Assembly: GCA_023446865.1 (NCBI GenBank)
Contig: JAEXPL010000115.1
Span: 584 to 64,583, forward strand
Source: Verrucomicrobiota bacterium
GTDB taxonomy: Bacteria; Verrucomicrobiota; Verrucomicrobiia; Opitutales; Opitutaceae
DNA: 64,000 nt
Reading direction: 5' to 3'
The position numbers were made by a program, and so were the translations under genes. Within the stretch, counting starts at the first letter, position 1, and every line of letters starts with the position of its first letter. The notes under the pieces are model-generated. The model was not told where the DNA came from. It did no database searches and saw only the letters and a program-made list of their open reading frames with translations. This document shows positions 52,160 through 61,384 of this stretch, piece after piece.

Positions 52160-52262
52160 AACCTTCGCCCTCTTCGTTGTGCAACCACTACACCAGAACC
52201 AGAATACGATTACCGTGCTCGGCACGGAATCGGCATGTCGTGTGCGTGTAGCGGGTTGTGAG

Positions 52263-52550
52263 ATGCTGCTTGGCAGCACGGCGGAGGGAGGAATCAAGCC
52301 TGGCGATTTGTCGTCCGTCCCATTGGAGCACCGCGTTGCGGTTCAGACCGCGGTGCGGGATCATCACCGGCAACGGGAGCGCCAGACGTTGGCGGAGATC
52401 GTTGCCAATGGGCTCCACCGCTATGCGGACCCGGCAACGAAACGGCGGATCCAGGAGCTTGGCCTATGGCCGGGCCTGCATGCCGCACGCTTCGCCTGTG
52501 GAGAAATCCCTCGCACGACAGATGGAGGGGTCTACGCTTTCCAGCCATGA
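52263..52550 (+). CDS. Hypothetical protein
   Basis: ATG 52263 within ORF 52128..52550. Confidence 0.4.
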   Translation: MLLGSTAEGGIKPGDLSSVPLEHRVAVQTAVRDHHRQRERQTLAEIVANGLHRYADPATKRRIQELGLWPGLHAARFACGEIPRTTDGGVYAFQP

Positions 52551-52840
52551 TCACCGCCTATTCAATGCTCACGACGAAGAAACGCGCGGTGCGGATCTTC
52601 TTTGACGCGCAGAGGGGTGAGCTCTGCCGCAACCCGATTTACGACGAAGAAACCGGCGTGAAGTGGGAGAGGGTGCGGGCATCGAACGTTTTGGCGGCGT
52701 TCGCCGTCGAGAAGCGGCTCAGTCCCGAGGATCTCGGTGACTACCGCCACGACACGCTGAAGACCCTCCCGATGGATCCGAAACAGATCGAGGACGCCGC
52801 AATCGAGATTGCGGAAGGAACCAGCACCGGAGGCCCATGA
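52547..52840 (+). CDS. Hypothetical protein
   Basis: ATGA overlap at 52547 (ORF 52466..52840 frame). Confidence 0.45.
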   Translation: MITAYSMLTTKKRAVRIFFDAQRGELCRNPIYDEETGVKWERVRASNVLAAFAVEKRLSPEDLGDYRHDTLKTLPMDPKQIEDAAIEIAEGTSTGGP

Positions 52841-53199
52841 TGATGATGGCACCGAAGAACGAACTTCTACGCAGCTCCGCTGCGCTCAGCCTGGTGGGCG
52901 GCTCCCTGACGCCGTCATACCCCTTCCATCGCTTTCGTGACGCGCGGGGACGGGTATTCTCGGTGGTCACCGAGGCGGAACGTCTCGGCTCGCTTGGAGA
53001 CGCGGGGCAGTTTGAGGGATATGTAAAACTCCCCTTTGCCGTGCGCAGCGCCAAGGCGCCCGGCACCTCGTTTGAAGTGTGGGTTCCTGAAAGCGCACTC
53101 GCCCAATGGGCCGCGGAAATCGCCATCCGACGTGATCGGGGTGAGGGAAAGCCGGAATCCGTGGATGCGGATTCTCCTGAAAGCGGACTCAAGGTCTGA
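52837..53199 (+). CDS. Hypothetical protein; tail DADSPESGLKV
   Basis: ATGA overlap. 120 aa. Confidence 0.5.
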   Translation: MMMMAPKNELLRSSAALSLVGGSLTPSYPFHRFRDARGRVFSVVTEAERLGSLGDAGQFEGYVKLPFAVRSAKAPGTSFEVWVPESALAQWAAEIAIRRDRGEGKPESVDADSPESGLKV

Positions 53200-53240
53200 C
53201 GGTCAGGCAGGATCCGAGGAAAGTGCCCCAGAGGGGTTTA

Positions 53241-53266
53241 CACCCCATGGGGTGCTTCGGTTTTGG
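53241..53266 (+). terminator. Hairpin terminator
   Basis: Perfect palindrome CACCCCATGGGGTG followed by CTTCGGTTTTGG. Confidence 0.5.
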
Positions 53267-53337
53267 TTGGACTCAGGGGGGGAGCGGCCTATTGTTGCAT
53301 TTGACATGTCAGGCAATGCGCCGCAACTGCACGCCGT

Positions 53338-53661
53338 ATGAAGGCAGCCGAAAAGAACCCATCACCAGATCCTGCGCAGACGCGTCCTGCTCGGCTGAAA
53401 CAGTTCCAGGATTGGGAGTTGGCGATCTCGCGTGAATTGGCGCAGAAGAACGGCAAGACGTTCAAGTACCCGCTCTTCCGTCTGAATGACAATGGCCGGT
53501 GGATGTTTGTCGTCTGTGACGACAACACGGAGATCGCGTTCTCCAAGACGATGATGAACCAGTATCGCGCCGCCGAGGAATGGGTGAACGAGGGCGGTAA
53601 GTGCCCGTTCACCATGCCGATCACGGCGAAGCCCACGGCCGCCCAAGTCGCGACCGTTTGA
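53338..53661 (+). CDS. Hypothetical protein
   Basis: 107-aa ORF downstream of the TTTGACATGTCA box (53300-53311). Confidence 0.5.
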   Translation: MKAAEKNPSPDPAQTRPARLKQFQDWELAISRELAQKNGKTFKYPLFRLNDNGRWMFVVCDDNTEIAFSKTMMNQYRAAEEWVNEGGKCPFTMPITAKPTAAQVATV

Positions 53662-53742
53662 GAAAACCAGCGCCTCGATGAGGAGCTTCTCTGCGCGAAA
53701 AGCGTTTGACAAGTCTAGCAGATAAGCGAGGAATCTAGGGCG

Positions 53743-54465
53743 ATGGAAGACGCAAAATCCGTAGCCCCAGCCACGGCCCCAAAGCAGGGGCTGCGACGCA
53801 CCGCGGTGGGGAGGCAGGCCGAGCAGCCTCCCGCCCAGACCTCTTTCCCGCCAGGCGCCGTCCTCCTCAACGAGGAACGGCAGCAGAAGCACGTTGCCTA
53901 CGGCGTCGCGATAGCGGCGCTGGTCCTCAGCCTCATGGCGGTTGTGACCATGGCGCACATACAAGGTCGCGAGGTGCGCGCGATGGTGTTGGACCGTGGG
54001 AGCACCATCCATATCGGTCCCTTGGAAAAGGTGACCGGCCAGTCGGAGGTGTACCGCGACCTCGGCCTGTGGGCGACGCAGGTCGCCCTGCAACGTTCGT
54101 CGGTCGGGTTCAACCTGGTGGAGTACGTCCCGATGTTCTTCCGCCCGGGCTCGGTGGATAAGCTCAATGCCGACCTCAAGGCGCAACTTCCCGACCTACA
54201 GGCCCGCAATCTGCGGCAGTACCCGGAGATCGCGAGCTATCGGTTTCTCCAGGAAGGCGAGGTGAACGGGGTCAGGGTCTGCTTCCTGCGTGTGGACGGG
54301 AACATCATCCGGACCGGCTACTATCAGGGCATGCCGATAGCCGAGTCGGTGCCGTTCCGGCTCGTGATTGCCGCGGCCCCGAATCCCGTGCTCACCGCCC
54401 GGGACAAATATCCGTATGCGGTGGAGGACTACCGCCTCGACCTCAACCCCACCAACAAGGAGTAA
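53743..54465 (+). CDS. VirB8/TrbF-like T4SS inner-membrane component (tentative)
   Basis: Bitopic topology (N-terminal cytoplasmic part, one TM helix YGVAIAALVLSLMAVVTMA, ~170-aa periplasmic domain). Sits directly upstream of the VirB9- and VirB10-like genes. Confidence 0.5.
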   Translation: MEDAKSVAPATAPKQGLRRTAVGRQAEQPPAQTSFPPGAVLLNEERQQKHVAYGVAIAALVLSLMAVVTMAHIQGREVRAMVLDRGSTIHIGPLEKVTGQSEVYRDLGLWATQVALQRSSVGFNLVEYVPMFFRPGSVDKLNADLKAQLPDLQARNLRQYPEIASYRFLQEGEVNGVRVCFLRVDGNIIRTGYYQGMPIAESVPFRLVIAAAPNPVLTARDKYPYAVEDYRLDLNPTNKE

Positions 54466-54470
54466 GCCCG

Positions 54471-55541
54471 ATGAACCGTCTGTGTGTGATTTTTCTCACG
54501 ATACTCAGCCTCGGGGCGGTCTCCGCGGTGCAGGCCCAGAGTGCGGCCGGGTCCACCTTCGTGCAGCGTGTGCCGCTCGATCCCTCCCGCCCATACTTCG
54601 TGCCGACACACCCTGCCGTCACGGTGACGGTGAGCTTCCCGCACGAGATCGACGGCTTCGACGGGTGGGCGTTCACGACGGATCCGCAGCGCAATCAGGG
54701 CGACTTCTACCTCTCGTTCACCGAGGGCAACAACTACCTCTCGTTCGTCCCCGTCGGGCGCGGTGACGCTGTCCGCAACCTCAACGTCGTCATCGCGGGG
54801 AAGGTGATCTCGCTGATCGCGTACCCCGTCAAGGACCAGCGCCAGGCGCCGACCGCGATCCAATTCGAGGAGCAGGTCCCGGCGCGCGATCTTGCCGCGG
54901 CCGAAGAGGCGAAAGAGCAGTCCCGGCCGTCGTCGGTGATCAGGACATACAAGCCGCCGGCGCGGCCTTTCGAGCATGTGACCCCGACTCGTTTGCTGGG
55001 CATGCTCGACACGATGAAGCTGCTTGCGCAGCTCGACGCGCAGGACGGCCAGGAGGAGCGCAGAGCGGGAACCCGCGGCCGTCGCCTGGAGGATGCCGCG
55101 AAGGCGATGCCCCATCTGACCATTGTCCGCCGCGAAGGCGACAGCGCCGAGTTCGGATTCTACCGGATCCGGCTTCTGATGGTTGTGCGGAACAACCGGC
55201 TGGATGTCGTGGCTTTCACCTGCGTCATCGAGAACACGAGCGGTGTCCCGCTGCAATTCGACCCGGAGAGCTTCGGCGTCCGGGTGGGCGCCGCCTACTA
55301 CCGCCAGGTGATTGGTGACTTCCAGCCGGACATCCGGCCGGGGAAGAGCGAGATCGCATTCTTCGCCTTTGCCGGCAGCCCTGACGGGCGGCCGAACTAC
55401 CTCGATCCCGAGCAGGAATTTCTCCCGTCGCTGGAGCTCCGCCGCCCCCGGGTCAACCCCGGGGCCGATCTCATCAAAGCGACGATCCAGCCGGCGGTGG
55501 AAGCACTGCCCCCGGAACAACCGCAACCGACAGCACCATGA
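54471..55541 (+). CDS. VirB9/TrbG-like T4SS outer-membrane core component
   Basis: Signal peptide. VTVSFPHEIDGFDGWAFTTD...NYLSFVPVGRGDAVRNLNVVIAGKVISLIAYPV fits the VirB9 N-domain pattern. Confidence 0.65.
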   Translation: MNRLCVIFLTILSLGAVSAVQAQSAAGSTFVQRVPLDPSRPYFVPTHPAVTVTVSFPHEIDGFDGWAFTTDPQRNQGDFYLSFTEGNNYLSFVPVGRGDAVRNLNVVIAGKVISLIAYPVKDQRQAPTAIQFEEQVPARDLAAAEEAKEQSRPSSVIRTYKPPARPFEHVTPTRLLGMLDTMKLLAQLDAQDGQEERRAGTRGRRLEDAAKAMPHLTIVRREGDSAEFGFYRIRLLMVVRNNRLDVVAFTCVIENTSGVPLQFDPESFGVRVGAAYYRQVIGDFQPDIRPGKSEIAFFAFAGSPDGRPNYLDPEQEFLPSLELRRPRVNPGADLIKATIQPAVEALPPEQPQPTAP

Positions 55542-56833
55542 AGGGTTTTTTCAAGAGCAAGCTCGGCATGTTCGCCGTCTTCGCCGTAGTGCTGGCAATG
55601 GCACTACTGGCGACGTTGCTGATGCGCCGGCCACTGACCACCCCGCAGGCCCGCGGCGGGCAGACGCCTTCCCAGCCGACGGAAGCGCAGACCACGGCGA
55701 AACCCGCGGCGCCCGCCGGCAAAGCGGCGGCCACCACCGCCGAAGGCACGGGAGCACCTGCCCCACAGGGCCAGCCCAGTGAGGCGCCCGTGCAGAGGTT
55801 CCAGCGCAACGTGCCGGTGAGCACCTACACGGTTCAGGCGGAGGCGCCGGAGTCGCAGATGCCACTGGCGGCCGAGAAGGTTATCGAGCGGCAGTATTCT
55901 CGCATGGAGATGCCCAACAGCCAGGGAGGCCAGGGCAACCAGAACCAGAACCAGGGGAAGGCGCAGCAGCCCGGCCCTCCCACCATGGCCAGTTTCAGCC
56001 GGCGCCATACGGACCGGGACCGGTCCCCGGCCGCGACAACCGCGTCGTCGGACCAGAGGCCGACCGCGCCAACGCCGGCCGCGACCGAAATCTCAAGCTC
56101 GCCGATCTCGGCCCGCTTCCTGCCGTTCGGCCGGGCGATCAAGGCTGAGCTCGTGAACGCCTTGGTCTCCTCGACGCGCCGGGGGGCTCCGATTGTCGCC
56201 CTCGTGACGGAAGACGTCCGCGACTGGAGCACCGACGAGGTGATCATCCCCGCCGGCTCGGAGCTGCACGGCGTGGCGGCCCCGGATAAGCAGCTTCAGC
56301 GCATGTTCTCCGAAGACCATTGGATCCTTGTGCTTCCCAAGCACGACAAACGGGCGCCTGGCGCCGAGATCCGCATTGTAGGCACGGCGCTCGACCGCGA
56401 TGAGCGCCTCTTGGACAACGGAGCGGCGACATTCTCGCAGTACGACATGGCTCCGGGAATTCCGGCGGAGATAGTCCGGTCTGATGACGAGGTGAAGCTG
56501 TTCCTGGGCGAGGCCCTGAAGGGGTTCGCGAGCGTGAGCCAGACCCGCGACTCGTATTCGAGTCCGTACGGCACGACCGAGACCGTCCAGAGCACCACCC
56601 GCAACGCCTTGCTTGGCGCCGGCGGGTCAGTGGCCGACAAATACGCGGAGCTCGCGCTCGAAGAGTACAAGAACAACGGCTGGTTCCTGCGCGTGCGCGC
56701 GTCGAAGCAGTTCTACCTCTATGTCCAGCAGACCGTGGACATGGAGCAGGCCAGGATCGGCTACACCACCATCAATTCCGAGAAGGGGCCGACGAAGTCC
56801 TCCGCCCCGCAACCTTCAAATTCCATCCAATGA
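55538..56833 (+). CDS. VirB10/TrbI-like T4SS core component
   Basis: N-terminal TM helix, Pro/Ala/Gln-rich linker, then FLPFGRAIKAELVNALVSS..APIVALVTEDV...VIIPAGSELHG, typical of the TrbI barrel domain. Confidence 0.7.
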   Translation: MKGFFKSKLGMFAVFAVVLAMALLATLLMRRPLTTPQARGGQTPSQPTEAQTTAKPAAPAGKAAATTAEGTGAPAPQGQPSEAPVQRFQRNVPVSTYTVQAEAPESQMPLAAEKVIERQYSRMEMPNSQGGQGNQNQNQGKAQQPGPPTMASFSRRHTDRDRSPAATTASSDQRPTAPTPAATEISSSPISARFLPFGRAIKAELVNALVSSTRRGAPIVALVTEDVRDWSTDEVIIPAGSELHGVAAPDKQLQRMFSEDHWILVLPKHDKRAPGAEIRIVGTALDRDERLLDNGAATFSQYDMAPGIPAEIVRSDDEVKLFLGEALKGFASVSQTRDSYSSPYGTTETVQSTTRNALLGAGGSVADKYAELALEEYKNNGWFLRVRASKQFYLYVQQTVDMEQARIGYTTINSEKGPTKSSAPQPSNSIQ

Positions 56834-57447
56834 AATATCCCGTCATCCTCGCGCTACTGGCGCTTGTGGCACTCACGGCTGGCTGCGCGAGCCGCACAGC
56901 CTCGAACAGCCGGGTCCGTTCCGAGATCGTCGTCACGCCTCCGCCCGCCCCCCCGCTCAACGAGGCCGGTGTGTGGCTGCCCGATGGGATCAAGGCGTAT
57001 CCCGTCGGCAGATATGTCGATCCGGCCGATCCCAACATCATGCACGAGCGGCATGTGCTCTACCGGCGCGAGCAACAGGGTGATTGGCGGTTGCAGACGA
57101 ACGCCGACCGGCAGATCCTGATCGGGAACACGATGGGGGACGGCGAGCAGGATCTGAAGCCCGCGCTGCTCGACCAGGAGCTGGCGCGCGAGCTCCAACG
57201 GCAGCGCGCCAACGGCCTGGCGGCACGGCAGAGTGCGGTCTACCTTGTCGAGAAGGGCGCCGAGATGTCCGATGCGGCCAAGGCCCTCATGGAGCAGGAA
57301 CAGCAGCTCAGGCAGAAGCTGGAGGAGGAGCGCGCGAAGAACAAAACGCTTCAGAGCGAGCTCGACGGCGAGAAGAGCCGCCGTCGCCAGCAGGAGCAGA
57401 ACTCGGCCATCGACCCCGCGACGGGGTTGCCGCGCAGCGGGCGGTAG
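56830..57447 (+). CDS. Lipoprotein with a coiled-coil C-terminus (VirB7/TrbH-position protein)
   Basis: Lipobox LTAGC after a signal peptide. ATGA overlap with the VirB10-like gene. Confidence 0.6.
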   Translation: MKYPVILALLALVALTAGCASRTASNSRVRSEIVVTPPPAPPLNEAGVWLPDGIKAYPVGRYVDPADPNIMHERHVLYRREQQGDWRLQTNADRQILIGNTMGDGEQDLKPALLDQELARELQRQRANGLAARQSAVYLVEKGAEMSDAAKALMEQEQQLRQKLEEERAKNKTLQSELDGEKSRRRQQEQNSAIDPATGLPRSGR

Positions 57448-57478
57448 CGATTTTGTCAGTGTACGTTCCAGGAGACTA

Positions 57479-57507
57479 GGGCCGGGGCAACCCGGCCCTC
57501 TTTCGTT
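57479..57507 (+). terminator. Rho-independent terminator
   Basis: GGGCCGGG-GCAA-CCCGGCCC followed by TCTTTCGTT. Confidence 0.65.
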
Positions 57508-57541
57508 GTCAGAAGGGGCGAATTTCTGCGCCGAAATCCGG

Positions 57542-57570
57542 TTGACATGTCCAACGGATAACCTAATAAC
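57542..57570 (+). promoter_or_regulatory. par promoter/operator: TTGACATGTCCAA plus ATAACCTAATAAC
   Basis: TTGACA, an 18-nt spacer, then ATAACT. Both recurrent motifs of the element are present. Confidence 0.5.
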
Positions 57571-57604
57571 TTGCCTAGTTCTTAAACGAGGGACACAACA
57601 CATT

Positions 57605-58198
57605 ATGATGCGAACAATAGCCGTCGTGAATGGTAAAGGTGGCGTGGGCAAGAGCACCTGTTCGGTTCTCGTGGCGCTTTCATTCGGGCATGCACAGATC
57701 CCGGTGTCGCTGATCGACCACGACAAGAGCCAGCAAAGCGCCGCGGAGTGGGCCGAGCGACTCAGGGAGTCGGACGGCGACAGCGGCATCGTGCCGATCA
57801 CGGCGGATCCGCCCCCGCGTTTCGCGATCTGTGATACCCCGGGCAACATCGAGTTCGTCCAGTCGGACAGTTTCCCCGCCGCCAACCTGTTTCTGGTGCC
57901 CACCTCAACCAGCTTGCTCGACCAGAAGGTGACGCAGGCGACGGTGGCGATCCTCAAACAGCGCTTCCCCAGGACCCCGTTGCGCATCCTGTTCAATAAT
58001 GTCGCGCCGAATACGCGGGATTCCCAGGACCTGGCCGGCTACGCCTCGGCCATCGGCGCGGAGGCGCTCAAGAACGTGCTCCGGCGCCGCACCTGCTACC
58101 GGTACGCGGCGCTCGAAGGATGGAGCCTCCTGACGAAGGAAGCCGAGGATGAGCTGTTCCGTCTGACGACGGAGATCGCAACCCTGGTGACTCTCTGA
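57605..58198 (+). CDS. parA: ParA-family partition ATPase (small, deviant Walker A)
   Basis: IAVVNGKGGVGKSTCSV, then LIDHDKSQQSA and ICDTPG. ATG 57605 within ORF 57233..58198. Confidence 0.85.
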   Translation: MMRTIAVVNGKGGVGKSTCSVLVALSFGHAQIPVSLIDHDKSQQSAAEWAERLRESDGDSGIVPITADPPPRFAICDTPGNIEFVQSDSFPAANLFLVPTSTSLLDQKVTQATVAILKQRFPRTPLRILFNNVAPNTRDSQDLAGYASAIGAEALKNVLRRRTCYRYAALEGWSLLTKEAEDELFRLTTEIATLVTL

Positions 58199-58233
58199 AT
58201 CTCCCGTAACACAACTCCTGTAACTGACACGTC

Positions 58234-58608
58234 ATGACTGCCAAAAGATCGCCGAACCCCCTCGCGCAGCGCCTAGCGGCTGAGGTCGCCAAGGGCGCCC
58301 GCTCTCCCTCCACCTCTGCTCAGTCGGCTGCGGAAACGCCGCCCCCGGCGGTCCCGCCGGTGGCACCGTTTCCGCCCGCCGCCGGAGCAACCCCGTCGGC
58401 GCCGACCCCTCCGGCGCAGAAGCCCCTCAAGCAAACCAAGACGTACAGCCTGAACCCGGACGAGATCACGAAGATCGAGAAGGCGATGGACTTCCTCCGG
58501 AGCAATGGCGTCTACGACGCATCGAAGGCGGCCATCGTGCGCGCGATGGTCCGCCAGGCGAAGATCGACCCCACCTTCCTTGAGGAAGTGATGTCGGACA
58601 AGGACTGA
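58234..58608 (+). CDS. Small ParA partner, possible RHH/ParG-like centromere-binding protein
   Basis: Position right after parA. Pro/Ala-rich N-terminus, then KTYSLNPDEITKIEKAMDFL...AAIVRAMV (strand-helix-helix-like). Confidence 0.45.
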   Translation: MTAKRSPNPLAQRLAAEVAKGARSPSTSAQSAAETPPPAVPPVAPFPPAAGATPSAPTPPAQKPLKQTKTYSLNPDEITKIEKAMDFLRSNGVYDASKAAIVRAMVRQAKIDPTFLEEVMSDKD

Positions 58609-58659
58609 GGGCGGGTTCTCAATTTCTCCGAGTAGCAACCCCAACAAAAAGGATACACG

Positions 58660-59049
58660 ATGAGCAGTGCGACGTTTCTGCAAACCAGCGGCATTGTCCG
58701 CCTCACCAAGGACCCGAAGGTGGTCCAGTCTGGTGAGCACACGATCTGCAACCTGAGCCTGGTCTCGAACTACGAGTACCGCCGGGACGGCAAAGTTGTG
58801 AAGGAGCCGCCGACGTTCCTGGAGGCCGAAGCCTACGAGGGCGCTGCCAAGGTTTTGGCTGCGAACCTTCACAAGGGTGATCGGGTTTTCCTGCAAGGCC
58901 GGCTGAAGCTGGAGTCCTGGCTCGACAAGGGGAGCCAGCAGAAGCGTTCGGCGCACAAGTTGGTCATTCGCGATTTCAAGTTCATCGAGCCCAAGGCCGC
59001 CGACGACGAAGCTCGCGGCGAGGCCGGCGGCGACGACGTCCCGTACTGA
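58660..59049 (+). CDS. ssb: Single-stranded DNA-binding protein (single OB fold)
   Basis: GIVRLTKDPKV...FLEAEAYEGAAKVLAANLHKGDRVFLQGRLKLESW. Acidic tail GEAGGDDVPY. Confidence 0.85.
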   Translation: MSSATFLQTSGIVRLTKDPKVVQSGEHTICNLSLVSNYEYRRDGKVVKEPPTFLEAEAYEGAAKVLAANLHKGDRVFLQGRLKLESWLDKGSQQKRSAHKLVIRDFKFIEPKAADDEARGEAGGDDVPY

Positions 59050-59056
59050 TCGCGCC

Positions 59057-59290
59057 ATGGTCACCCGCGACATACTCAACAGCGCCGTCCGCGACGAGGA
59101 CGGCAACTACTGGTTGGTCACCACGCCGGAGCGGTATCACCGCGACATCGAGCCCGGGGCGAACCGAGTGTTTGCCACAGCGGAAGGACAACCGCTGCCA
59201 GGCGACAAGGAGGTCGCCGTGGTGCTGAATGCCGCGGGTGAATTCATCCGCTGGGGCGAGCCCAGCGAATTCGACGCAAGGTTCTCGTGA
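59057..59290 (+). CDS. Hypothetical small protein
   Basis: 77-aa ORF. Confidence 0.4.
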   Translation: MVTRDILNSAVRDEDGNYWLVTTPERYHRDIEPGANRVFATAEGQPLPGDKEVAVVLNAAGEFIRWGEPSEFDARFS

Positions 59291-59382
59291 ACGGTGGCCG
59301 CCGTGCGCTCTGGCGCCGGCGGCACCCTTCGAGGATCGTCCACCCCCACGTGTTAGCCGGCGAACCGGGACGGAGTACGCTC

Positions 59383-60429
59383 ATGAACAGGAATACAGCC
59401 ATCGCACTTGCGGTGCTCACCATGGTGGTGGGCCTGCGCGGATCAGAGGACAGCGGTCTTCTGGTCGAACAGCTTTTGGGAGGGACGCCGCCGAAGCAGG
59501 CCCCTGTGCCCCCGTCACCGGAGGTGCGCCGCCCACCGGCGCCGCAATCGCCTCCAGCAACGACGCCGGCGCCCCAGCCCCCCCGTGTCACCGACCGGGT
59601 CGATCTCCCGGTCTCGGGCACGCCGGCGCCCCAGCCGCCGAGCAACCCGTTGCCGCCGCCTCCGCCGGTTGCCCGTCCGCCAGAGGCCAGCCAGCCGGCC
59701 CCGGCCGTCTACCCGCCTCAGCCGAGCGCTGGGGCCGTCCCGACGCCGGGTGCCGTTGACGCACCACAACCTCCGATGGAGACGCCAGGAAGCGCCAAGA
59801 AAGCGCCTGTTGCGGCGCTGGCGATGCTCGGCGTGTTCGCGATGGTGCTCCTTGGGGGGAGCGTCATTGGTGTCCGCGCGATGATGCGCGCCGGGAAGAA
59901 GCGGGATCGTGCAGAGGAGGCCGATGCGGAGGATGAAGACGTCGCCGGCCATGTGGACGCGGAGGTCGTCCCCCCGAAGCTCCCGCCTCAAAATCGGCCG
60001 GCGAAGCCCGCCGCGGATGACTCCGGTGGCGTTGAGCCGATGACCGAGCGTCCCGAGATGACCATGCGCACCCCTCCTCCTCCGCCGGAAGCGGGTGGTG
60101 GCGGTGGGGGTAATGCGTTGGTGCCTCGTGCCGCGTTGCAGCAGATGAAGGCAGATTTCGAGGCCATGCTCCGTTCCGCCGTGGACAACGCTCTCGCCGC
60201 ACAGCGGAGCGAGTATGAGGCGTTGCTGCGCCGCCAAGCGGACCAGATCGAGAAGATGGGGTCGATGCTGACGGAAGCGGCCCAAGCGATTGAGTTCGCT
60301 CGTTCGTTGCCCCCGGTATCGGTGCCGCCCCCTGACTTTGGCGCCGACCGAGCTCACGACAGTGAAGCGGGACCCGGCCAGGGCGACGACGTCACCCAAC
60401 CGGCCGCCGGCGGCAATTCGGGATATTGA
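59383..60429 (+). CDS. Proline-rich membrane protein
   Basis: ATG 59383 gives a signal/anchor sequence (IALAVLTMVVGL). Long PxP-rich region, a second TM helix (VAALAMLGVFAMVLLGG), and a coiled-coil C-terminus. Confidence 0.5.
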   Translation: MNRNTAIALAVLTMVVGLRGSEDSGLLVEQLLGGTPPKQAPVPPSPEVRRPPAPQSPPATTPAPQPPRVTDRVDLPVSGTPAPQPPSNPLPPPPPVARPPEASQPAPAVYPPQPSAGAVPTPGAVDAPQPPMETPGSAKKAPVAALAMLGVFAMVLLGGSVIGVRAMMRAGKKRDRAEEADAEDEDVAGHVDAEVVPPKLPPQNRPAKPAADDSGGVEPMTERPEMTMRTPPPPPEAGGGGGGNALVPRAALQQMKADFEAMLRSAVDNALAAQRSEYEALLRRQADQIEKMGSMLTEAAQAIEFARSLPPVSVPPPDFGADRAHDSEAGPGQGDDVTQPAAGGNSGY

Positions 60430-60456
60430 GCAACCTCCACCCAGGAAGACGCAGCT

Positions 60457-61014
60457 ATGAAGATCCTCACCACAGTGCTCATGTTCGCGGCCGTAGCCGT
60501 GTGTGCGGCGACGCCCGCCGAGCAGCCCAAGACATACCGATTCAATGGAGCCGACTACGTGGCGGCCCGTCACCTGGTCGAAGGCCCCATCGAGACCAAC
60601 GAGTTTACGCGTCCTGGCGAGACCCTCCTCAACTGGCGGCAGCTTGTGACCCATCAGCAGGTGACCACGCAGGCGACACTGGAGCAGATGTCGTTTCGCG
60701 CGGACGCCTACGCGCTGCACATCCAAGCGCAGTTGAAGCGCGATGCCGTGGCCCAGCCGACGTATTGGGAGATGCTTTACTCAGGCAAGGAAGCGGCTGT
60801 GTTCGCGGTGCGTTTCGGCCCTCGCGACGATTATCCGGCGCAGCAGATGGTTGCCCTGGTGATGGCCGCCGGTCCGAACACGATTCACGTCCTTCAGTGG
60901 GCCGTGAAAGAGGATCCCCGCAACCCCGGGGAGTACCTGACTGCCCTTGAGTCCTGGAAGGAACTGTTCAACCGGCAGGCCAGGGCCGCGGTGAACGCTG
61001 CCGTGCGGCAATGA
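60457..61014 (+). CDS. Secreted hypothetical protein
   Basis: Signal peptide MKILTTVLMFAAVAVCAA. Confidence 0.55.
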   Translation: MKILTTVLMFAAVAVCAATPAEQPKTYRFNGADYVAARHLVEGPIETNEFTRPGETLLNWRQLVTHQQVTTQATLEQMSFRADAYALHIQAQLKRDAVAQPTYWEMLYSGKEAAVFAVRFGPRDDYPAQQMVALVMAAGPNTIHVLQWAVKEDPRNPGEYLTALESWKELFNRQARAAVNAAVRQ

Positions 61015-61373
61015 TCGAGAGCCGGATACAGGAAGTCACGAGCGGCAACCGCTTGTTGTTCGTCGAGTCCGTCCGTGATCTCGTGGAGAGGCCGCGGGAC
61101 AAGAGACTGAAGTTCATCGGGACAGAGGACGGGTCGGCGGGGTTCACGCTGTTGGTCCTGGTCGGGTTCCGAGACACCAGCATGGCGGAGATGGAGGTGC
61201 TCTGGAACGACGGCCGCAATGAGGTCTCTGAAGTGTTCCCTCGGGCCGAGGTGGAAGAGTACGTGAGGAGCCTCTTCACCCCCATCGAAGAGCCACGGAA
61301 GGCCATCGCGCCAGCTCACCTGAAGCGGACCGCTGCGAGTGGGCCACCTGTTGAGCAGATGGGTCTCTTCTAG
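61011..61373 (+). CDS. Hypothetical protein
   Basis: ATGA overlap. 120 aa. Confidence 0.45.
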   Translation: MIESRIQEVTSGNRLLFVESVRDLVERPRDKRLKFIGTEDGSAGFTLLVLVGFRDTSMAEMEVLWNDGRNEVSEVFPRAEVEEYVRSLFTPIEEPRKAIAPAHLKRTAASGPPVEQMGLF

Positions 61374-61384
61374 GAGGCCCCGCC

